A stretch of DNA of 64,000 bases from Epithemia pelagica (taxonomy: Eukaryota; Protista; Bacillariophyta), in NCBI GenBank assembly GCA_946965045.2, contig OX337231.1:434001-498000 (forward strand). The letters run 5' to 3'. Below the pieces are notes generated by a model, which was not told the origin of the DNA, did not search any database, and saw only the letters and a program-made list of their open reading frames with translations. How positions within the stretch are numbered: position 1 is the stretch's first letter; every line of letters begins with the position of its first letter. Of this stretch, positions 55,627 through 64,000 are shown in pieces. A program made the position numbers and the translations under genes.

Positions 55627-56880
55627 TCACTCGTCGTTGCTGTCATCATCATCTTCTTCGTCGTCTGGAGACAGGTTAGCTAAGGCACTTGCTAGGCGGA
55701 GTCCTGGGGTAGATGAATCAGCTTGACTTCCACCGTCACCAGTCCCGTGAGCTTCGTCATAAGCGCGTTTCTTGTCTCCGGTAAGACCACGTCCGTTGCA
55801 TGTCGCAGACGTGTGATTCTTGTTAGTTGACCACTTCTGGTGCCATTTGCACCAATACCAATTCTTGCCGTTAACTTCTTTAACCTCCGGTTGCCCGCTC
55901 TTGGGACCAATCGTAAGCCATCCCTTGTCAGTGTCCGTAGTCTTGTCCGTCTTCACTTTTGCTGACTGTTTCTTTTGGTCCGTCTGCACTGCCTTACGTT
56001 TCGAGTCCTTCAGTTTGTTCACGGATGCTTCGAGAGCGATCAGTTTCTGGTCACGTGCCGAGAGCGCCTGCCATTTCTTTTGCTCGATCAAGGTCTGATA
56101 CTTGGTGCGTGCCGATGTCATAAGTTGGCGCGGGGTCAATCCCGGATTGTCACCTTCTTCATATGCGTTCTTCTTGCGACGGATAAACTCCAGAAAGTTA
56201 TCGTCGTTCACATTTTCATACGCCTTGAAAAGGTTGGGAAGGAGGTCCAGAGTTTGCTCGCCGCGCGCGTTGAGGGCTCGAAGGGTTTCGTCCACATAGA
56301 AATTGAACTTGGCGATGTCCGCGTTGATGTCCATAATGTACACGTGCAAGTCGGCCAGGCGTTGACGGAGTACCATAACCGTGGCTTCCGTGTCCACATG
56401 AGCAAGCGAGACGAGAACCTTGAGAAGGAGAGGTCCAGCTCCGCGGCCATTGATCGTAAAATCTTCGCATCGAATATTCACTTGTGCCTTTGCGTCTTCG
56501 GTAAGTGAAGCCATGATACATGTGTAGGCCATGTATGAGTTCTGCGTCTGACGATTCTGCCCATTGTAGTGGTCGACGAAGGCTCGGACTTGTTGAAGAG
56601 AGACGCGACCGTATTCGGACGTCAAGTTACGAAGGTTTGCTGCTGGAGCGGCGATTGCTTCTGGAATCGAAAAGATAGACGTCCAGTTCTGTTCCACGAT
56701 CCGATCCTGCAAGGTATCTAGGAACGTCTTCAATCCTTCTGCGTTGAGGTCGTAGAGGTCCCCACCATCGTACAATCCACGTGTCGCTTGCTTGTAAAAC
56801 TTGGCGCCTCCTGCCGTCGTGAAGTTGATCACTTGATTGGCGTTGGCGTGGGCTGGAGATAGAGCGAAGTTCGCGGCCAT
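55627..56880 (-). CDS. gag: Copia 2 Gag (417 aa)
   Basis: Homologous over its full length to 28470..29708. Confidence 0.9.
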   Translation of the reverse strand: MAANFALSPAHANANQVINFTTAGGAKFYKQATRGLYDGGDLYDLNAEGLKTFLDTLQDRIVEQNWTSIFSIPEAIAAPAANLRNLTSEYGRVSLQQVRAFVDHYNGQNRQTQNSYMAYTCIMASLTEDAKAQVNIRCEDFTINGRGAGPLLLKVLVSLAHVDTEATVMVLRQRLADLHVYIMDINADIAKFNFYVDETLRALNARGEQTLDLLPNLFKAYENVNDDNFLEFIRRKKNAYEEGDNPGLTPRQLMTSARTKYQTLIEQKKWQALSARDQKLIALEASVNKLKDSKRKAVQTDQKKQSAKVKTDKTTDTDKGWLTIGPKSGQPEVKEVNGKNWYWCKWHQKWSTNKNHTSATCNGRGLTGDKKRAYDEAHGTGDGGSQADSSTPGLRLASALANLSPDDEEDDDDSNDE

Positions 56881-56930
56881 GGTGATTCTTGAGTGACAAC
56901 GTGTAAGCTGTTAACAGCGCAGAGGAAGCG

Positions 56931-57403
56931 TGTTGTTTTCTCCCTACCGTAGGTAAAAGAGAAAGAGCTCAACCCGTGTAAACGAAGTTAAGTTGTGAGT
57001 TTATTTGGTTAATCTAGCGTGTTGCAGCCTAAGGCGTTGAGGTCTTTCCTTTTGATGCGTAGAGTCGATGGTTGGGCGATAGTTCAATCGTCCATCGATC
57101 TTGTTTTCCTAAATGGGTGTCTCCTGCCCGTTCTTGGCCGTTGTTCCTTTTAGGCAATGCCAGTTATTCTTTTGGCCTGTATCAGTTGAATTGGGTCGGT
57201 TTGTCACTTCTAAACGCTCATGACGATGACGCGTTGTCTTTGTTGTATCGTTCGTGAGCATCTTGTTTGGACGCCCGTCGTTCTTGTCCTTTGAGGGACA
57301 AATTCTCAAGATGAATGATGCTCATCTTTTCTTCGGCCGAACTCCTACTTCCGAATGTGAGTCCCGGGTCCATTCCCGGACGATTACGTAGATCTTTTGA
57401 ACA
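56931..57403 (-). repeat. 5' LTR of copia element 2
   Basis: Direct repeat of 51065-51554. Confidence 0.95.
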
Positions 57404-58316
57404 ATGTATTGTCCGACAGGGACCCCATGAGAGAAGTAATCACCACCACCTTGACGGTCGTTTCACTATCGTTGTTGACGGCCGCCTGAAGATTGGGCTG
57501 TAAGGCCTTGGTAAGAAACAAGGGTGCCATAGAATTGAGTTGAAAGGCATACATCATGCGATACGATGTAATATCGGCCAAGGTTTGAGAGCCAAAAAAT
57601 TCGGGAATGGTATTAAAGTTTTCGGGAGGTCCATAACCACCGGCATTGTGAATCAACAAATGGACAGGCGTGGGAGCAGCACTGGTCGTTTGCAAGGCCG
57701 TAGTCACAGCTGCTCCACCATCAAAGGCGTCTTCTTTGAGCAAATTCGACAATGGTCAAGGTCTTGTCGGCATGACTCCTATAACTACACTGTCCCGAAG
57801 CCTCCATCGGGCGAGCACTCCACAGCGATCTTCCTTTCGACGCATCGTCTTCTAAGTATTATGTGATGTGTTGAAAGGCTTCCTTTTTTCATAAAATACA
57901 GGGTGACAAACAAACAAGTCGGGTTTCACATCTCGCCGACGATTGCTAATCGTGTCATCTCCAACACTGGGCAAAAATGAAGAAAGAAGACCGTTCATTT
58001 TGCCCCAAGGGAGATCATTTGTCCTTGCCGATACAGCTCGAACTGAGCCGTAGGTGAGAGTTGACTGTAACTGAAATTGCTAACAATCAACACGCCACTC
58101 TCCCAAAGTGCAGTGGTTCTCAAAAAGGAATTTTCAATCACTCCTACTGACAATGACGTGGTCTTTCGACGGGGTCAACCCTAGAGGATTCATCCAGGCA
58201 ATCAGACTTTCCGAGCCTGTGTTCGTCGCAGCATGATTTCTATAAGTGGCTATTCAGCTTGGTATCACTATTTCCCTCTTCATACAGATTCGTCATCAGT
58301 TTCAATGAGAAAAACA

Positions 58317-60331
58317 TTACAGGAGCCCTCTTTCCTTGCACAACTTGGAAACGATTTCAAAGGATACTGAGTATGAACTGTCGTCATTCTCATGCGCCGC
58401 GTACATATCGGCAATAAAAGCCCATCGGGGTCCATCGTCAAGGGGACCCACAAAGGAAAGCGCCAAGGTAATTTTGTTTTGGACAAGAGCCTCTGTTTGT
58501 CCATTGTGGGGAGCAGCATCGAGCAAGTCTACCCACAGAATCTCACCCTCTGTTGTCTCGATTGCATTTGGGTATCTTGCGTCTCCATGGAACCATCCAC
58601 TGTCGTGCAACGCTTTCAGAGCGCGAAACAGCCGACAACAGGTATCGTTTGTCTTGAGCAATGCTTTCCCAACAGGAGACATTGTATACGCGCTTAGAGG
58701 CCTTTCTGCTTTAAAGAGAACTTGCACAACTGGAGCATCATTAGCCTTGGCTGCAAGGAGCGTCCCATACTCCCTGCAGAAGGTTGATTTGTCTGAACGA
58801 GCAACTTTTAAGGCGACCACCTCGTCATTCACATTCTTGACGCAAAACACGTCGCCGTAGGATCCGCTCCCCAAATACGCTGAGCCACCTCCTTCAGGAC
58901 TACTACCGTCCCGTAGTTGTAGATGTGTCAAGGCATTTTGGACTTGACGAATTTGTCGAGTTATGTGCTTTGTCATGTAAAATTTTAGAATGGTTTTTGA
59001 CTCCGGAGCGTCCCATGGTACAAGCTTATAGAGCGTACGGATGACACCTGCCATGCAGTCGCCAGCCACAAACCCATTCATGTCGTACAGAATAATACTC
59101 AAGTTGCGTCTCTTGACTCCCCAACATCGGACATAATCGACCATTTCCCCAAGAGCGACATGAAGATTTCCCAAGCTAACTTTACCCTTCCACAAAGATG
59201 TGATATAGTGTTCCGAATCATGCTTCATGTCCAAGCCACCAAAAATCAGGTCTGATATGTTCATTCTTGCTCGAAACGCAACAATGTCGGCACCTTCAAA
59301 CGATGCCGCACGATTTATCCGTAGTGGATGGGCCGTGAACAAGTCAGGTTTCCTCTTATTCTTCAGGGCTTCGTTTGGATTGGCTGGCAGCCACTGGATT
59401 GATTCGGAGTTGCTCAAAACGAGTCCAGAATTCGTTTCCTTCAATGCTGCAGCAATTTTCGGAGACAACAAAGCTGTCAAAGCCGCTTCTTTTAGTGTAG
59501 ACGGCTGCACACTGGTAACGGTTTCCTTCAGTTGATCCAATTCTGTGCTTGACAGAATTGACGGCCCAGCGGAGTCCGGCCCGGAAGGGTATGGAGGGGA
59601 ATTGCTGTAAAAGCCCGACAATTGCAATGCCTCGAGAAGACGTTCGCCTCTGGTGGCGGCTGACTCCGTTGGTTCGACAAAGCTTTGTCGTTTTACCATT
59701 AGCGTCAACTGTTCCACCTTGGCCAAAATTTCATTGTTCGTACTTTCGTTGGGTTGACGAGGCGGTCGATTCCCTTGTTGCGTTTCTTCAGAGAATTGCC
59801 AATGAAAAGAAGAAATGAGAGTCGGAAATACCGTGAAGTGTACATGAGTGAAGGACGAATTGAGTAATCAAATCGAAAACACTTCTCACCATTTTCTTGC
59901 TGCAATCTAGCTGGTGTGTTGCGTTTCTTCAGAGAATTGCCAATGAGAAGAAGAAATGAGAGTCGGAAATACCGTGAAGTGTACATGAGTGAAGGACGAA
60001 TTGAGTAATCAAATCGAAAACACTTCTCACCATTTTCTTGCTGCAATCTAGCTGGTGCAACCACAATCAATGGACTATCGCTTGTTGTATCTGTGGGAAC
60101 AGCATCCCCGGGACCCATGCAGTTAGTGCTGAGAAAAGGAACCTTGGTTTCCGGCGGGTATATGGCAAGTTGAAAAGCACCACAATGATTCAGCATCCGT
60201 TGCGCTGTTTCCTTCACAGCATTTTTAAGTCCATCCACAATCCCATTGAACTCATATATTCCAAATACCGAAGCTCCAGTATCGTTTTCACCAATAAACA
60301 GCTTTACCCAAACAGAAGGATGACTCGTCAT
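58317..60331 (-). CDS. CRN-like gene copy 3: N-terminal domain type B plus REase-like/kinase module; first intron tandemly duplicated
   Basis: MTSHPSVWVKLF...VDGLKNAVK...HCGAFQLAIYPPET...GPGDAVP..TT...PLIVVAP is a Crinkler-type N-terminal domain; phase-1 intron g|GTGAGA joins it to the intact 469-aa ORF. Confidence 0.75.
59776..60057. repeat. 141-bp tandem duplication spanning an exon end plus a whole intron
   Basis: Units 59776-59916 and 59917-60057. Confidence 0.92.
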
Positions 60332-61229
60332 TGTGTTGATATAGGGCTGATGCGCTTGTGGGTTGTGTACGTCCATGGTTCTTACCTCACGTCATGGTCC
60401 CAAGCATTTGCCTCGGTTTTGGGTTTTTTCAACCCCCAGCGGGGGTGAGTCTCAGTCGCGATTGAGTCATGCATCTTCGATGCATTCCTATACTCACCCC
60501 CACGGCGCGAGTTCCAGAAACCCACTTCCAAACCACACACACATTCATCACGACGGTGGAGGTTCAGTGGTGCACTATGTCTTCCTTCATCCACCTCCTC
60601 CCACAAAAGACGTCGTCACGGAATCCAATTCCGTCTTGAAACAGCATCATGTGCATCAATTTTGTCGTGACTTGATGCAACGGCCTCCCACGTGGGTCGC
60701 CACCGCACATTCTTTGGCTGTGTTGTAGCTCGGTAGCCCCGTCCTGTGGAAATTATCTCCATGGGAATCGTTGTATCTCCTACAAGACATAGATGTGTTT
60801 GGTTGGTTCACTAGGATAATAGTAACACAATCGATACACTGCAACCCAATTGGAATCGTCCAGAGTAGTTGATTTCGTAAGGCGAGAAGCAACACTGTGG
60901 CAGTCTTTCAACAATCGCTGCAAACAACCTCGCAGGTCGTCGCCAACGCAGATTTGCACCAGGAGTGTAGCTCATGTTGCTTTCTCTCTCTATCCAAGAA
61001 TGCCATGCTGCTGTCGTCGACCAGGAAATGCTGGTTCTTCACACATTCCACATTTGAATAAAGCCCGTTGTGTTCGGCTTCCGTCTGCCCCAGGTTCTCT
61101 TCGTCTCGCTCCTGGTCATGCTCCTTGTCCTGGTCACTCCCGTCATCAAATCAACAAGAACAACAGCAAGAACAAAATGAAGCAGCCGCACTGTCCGAGG
61201 AAAAGAACAAGCCAATCCCCGTATTGATC

Positions 61230-62330
61230 AATGAACCCAGTCATTTGTTTGGGGACAATCAGCATGAGGCTACTACTACCATCGCGGTCATGGTCCAATT
61301 ATCATCATCGCCCCAACTCATCAACAAGGTCACACAGGACGGTCCCATGCCTCGTCCGAGTTGAATGAGTAAATTGGCGGCGGTCAGTGCGGCGCCTCGC
61401 GTTCCGGGCGGATTGACATTAGTGAGGCAGGGTCGAACATTGACACTGGGCAAACTCGCAATCAACCCACTGCCAAACGCAAAAGAGACACCCAAAGAAC
61501 CATGCGCTCGTGTGGTTCGAACATTGAGCATGCCACAAAAGTGCAAAATGTCCAATTCCGTCGTCAATGCCATGAACAAGGGTAAATACTGTCGATTCCA
61601 GCCTTGGACCAATACCGGTCCCAAACACCACCGGTGGCACAACCCAGTCCAAACAAAAAGACTAAAAAGGTGGCCTTCGGCACCGAAAATCCTCGTTCTT
61701 GACTCAAGTAATCATTCAAAAAGACAAAAATGACACCCAGGGCAAACTGGAAAAAAGCCGTGCCACAACAAGATGGAATTGAACGCAATTTGCAAACAGG
61801 AATGCCAAAACCCTTGCCAACTCAATTTGCGTTCGTACCGAGCACCCGCTCAAATCATGTCTTGCAAGACGCGTTTCTTGCCACCCCGTTCCGGTTCTTG
61901 GACCAAGGCATAACAAATAATGGCCAAGACCAAGGTCACCACGGCACTCACTGTAAAGGCATGTTGCCATCCCAAGGTTGATCCGACCGTCCCGGCATAG
62001 ACTTGTCCCAAAATAATGCCCAATCCCATCATAGCCGTCAATCCCAAGGAGGCAGCATTGCGTTCTTCCACGGCAAACAAATAACCCAAAAAGGAAAAGG
62101 CGACGGGCACACTGCCGACCATGACGCCGTCATTGACCAGACGGCCCACAATAAATTGCGGATAATTGTGCACTTGGACCGTGGCACAGGCCGCCAGGGC
62201 AATTGGGAGCCATGACATTGCTCGGACTCCAAATGGCACAAAAGGCCAAGCCCAACAACAAGGCTTGAGCGTGAATGGTTTGGAAAGGTTGTTTCTGGAT
62301 GAAGATATGGGCACAACAAGTTTGGCCACT
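61230..62330 (-). pseudogene. MFS transporter (Spinster-like) pseudogene, several frameshifts and a stop
   Basis: Fragments in three frames: GLGIILGQVYAG...GWQHAF, EPERGG, LPWGVIFVFLNDYLSQERG, NVNPPGTRGAALTAANLLIQLGRGMGP. Confidence 0.75.
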
Positions 62331-63149
62331 CAGTGGTCCACTCAGTGGATGAGAAGACACGACGGGGGGTACACCGATAGAAGTATGAGCCGGTGTGGGA
62401 CGACAAATGGGACCTTCATGCCTTGACGGTTGGAATGTTGCGGGGAGGTTGTCTGGGAGTCTAGTTAGGGCTGAGTTCCGGTGGCCCTGGCGGCGGGGAA
62501 ACGTATTGGAAGGGTGCATGATGATGAAGGGGACGGGCGAGAACTGGAAGACAATGGAAAGGTGGCTTCGGGATGAAGATATGGGCACGACAAGTTCGGC
62601 ACCGTGGTGGATGCGTTGTGGATGGTGTGTTGTTATGTCAAAGTGGGTAAAATCGCCGATTTCAGAGGTCGCGCCTTGGGGGTGAGTAAGGGAATGCATG
62701 GAACATGAGCGACCAACTCGCCCCCGCTGGGGGGTATGGGTTTGTGACAGACGAGTTGTCCAAAAATTTTTGACCATTCGTCTCAAACAAGAAACCACTG
62801 GACGCAAGCCGACCTTGATGCAACGGACGGTGATGGCAATTAGAGATACTTAGAGCTTCCTGGAGCAGTGGCGGGCGACATTGAAAAAAGGATAGGGTTG
62901 GGGATTTGTCTGGCCGCCTCACCTATTTGGAGGGGATTTAATGGCGAATGCGGCAGGACTTGCGACCACGCAAAAATCTGAAATCGAGGTTCGAGTTTTG
63001 AGGTGGGGCTTTGTCCCTACCTCGAAACAACGATCTGGACGTTCATGTCCACGTAAAAACATGAACCAATGTCTTTTTTAGTTTCTAGATTCGAGGTTCA
63101 CCATCATGAACGTACAAGCCTCCCCCACCAGTTTCATTCCACACAATCC

Positions 63150-63780
63150 ACCCTGCTTCCAACCATGACAATGGATAGAACTCCTTGGAAGAACACAACC
63201 AAGAGCCCATACGAGACAGCACTCATATGTATGTGTGTTGTGGACTCTCTTGGGCTACTTGATTTTGATCAGACCACATTAACAGCTGAAGAGAAGCGAA
63301 AGAAAATACCAAGAGTCCGAAGTAGAGTTGAAGATATTATGTACGAACTTGGTCCCTCTGCGTGTCGGCGATATTACCGCATGAATGAAGATTCCTTTTG
63401 GTCCCTACACCAAATTCTCACACCATTCATTGATGAAGTGACAGCCAAACGTCTTGCAGTTAAAAGAAGCAGAGAGAAGAGCGGAAAAGACGACAACGCC
63501 GAGCAAAATATCGGAGGAAGAGGAACCGTGGAAGCAGGATTCTGCCCCCCAATGGGACAGTACCATCAGCAACACGGCTCAGTGTGGCTCTGCGATATTT
63601 TGCTGGTGCTGACCCATTGGACCTGATGCTAGTTCACGGCATCAGCCATGTCCAGGTTTTTATCAGTGTCTGGACCATTGTGGATGCCGTTCACCTCTGT
63701 CCCCACAATCATTTTGTCTTTCCCCAGGATCATGATGAGCAGAGAAAATTGGCAGAAGAGTTCATGAGCCTTCAGCCCCA
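63150..63780 (+). mobile_element. PIF/Harbinger transposase N-terminal remnant, frameshifted near 63530 and apparently truncated before the DDE core
   Basis: RRYYRMNEDSFWSLHQIL, RLSVALRYFAGADPLDL...HGIS...VWTIVDAV, FPQDHDEQRKLAEEF are typical Harbinger-type motifs. Confidence 0.7.
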
Positions 63781-64000
63781 TACACATGGCAAGGAGTACT
63801 TTGTTCCTCAGCTCAGGTTGGGTCTCTTTCAGATTCTTGCGAGCATCACACTCCCTCTCGGCTTCATTGCACACAGAGTCAGAGTCTCCTTGATTGTCTT
63901 GTTGTTGACGCTGATGAAGTTCTGGTGTGTTGAGCATCAGGTCAGAAGGAGATGATGCAGAACCTGTTGAACGATGCAAGGATGCCGTCAGCTTCGTCGC

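Larger units (their letters stand above)
51065..57403 (-). mobile_element. Full-length Ty1/copia LTR retrotransposon 2 (CoDi-like), LTRs 490 and 473 bp, 6-bp TSD ATGTAT
   Basis: LTRs 51065-51554 and 56931-57403 (TG...CA; two substitutions and a 17-bp duplication seen). ATGTAT at 51059-51064 and 57404-57409. Same PBS and PPT as copia 1. Confidence 0.97.
50748..57752 (-). pseudogene. SDR copy 2 interrupted by copia element 2 (pieces 57404-57752 and 50748-51064)
   Basis: Both halves match 33876..34535; breakpoint in GSLSDNT|SGGIYAY. Confidence 0.85.

Noticed and set aside
23910-57403. Both copia elements measure 6339 bp
   Set aside because: They have different LTRs and independent indels, so this is treated as coincidence within a length-constrained family.

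Overview
Eukaryotic genomic DNA, most likely a pennate diatom (short GT-AG introns, diatom-type CoDi-like copia elements, Crinkler-like genes); the taxon is inferred, not proven. About 1-20.6 kb is an ordinary housekeeping block: secreted orphan protein, FHA protein, STI1 protein, two Kelch paralogues, succinyl-CoA ligase beta, CRY-DASH and a glycosyltransferase-like gene. About 20.8-64 kb is a repeat-rich mosaic with two full-length Ty1/copia LTR retrotransposons (23910-30248 and 51065-57403, both minus), one tyrosine-recombinase (DIRS/Ngaro-type) retrotransposon (38454-47423, minus), three copies of a Crinkler-like nuclease-kinase module, duplicated or broken host genes and a Harbinger transposase remnant. 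The most notable signals are in the retroelements. The two divergent copia elements share (i) gag-UGA-CARYYA plus a GC hairpin, with pol in frame (stop-codon readthrough signature), (ii) an identical 17-nt primer-binding site resembling the complement of the D-arm, not the 3' end, of initiator tRNA-Met, and (iii) 6-bp target-site duplications, checkable against empty paralogous sites in the window. The Ngaro element also has ORF1 and ORF2 in frame across a single UGA, and its split direct repeats are amplified to three 442-bp units. No rRNA, tRNA or CRISPR array was seen.
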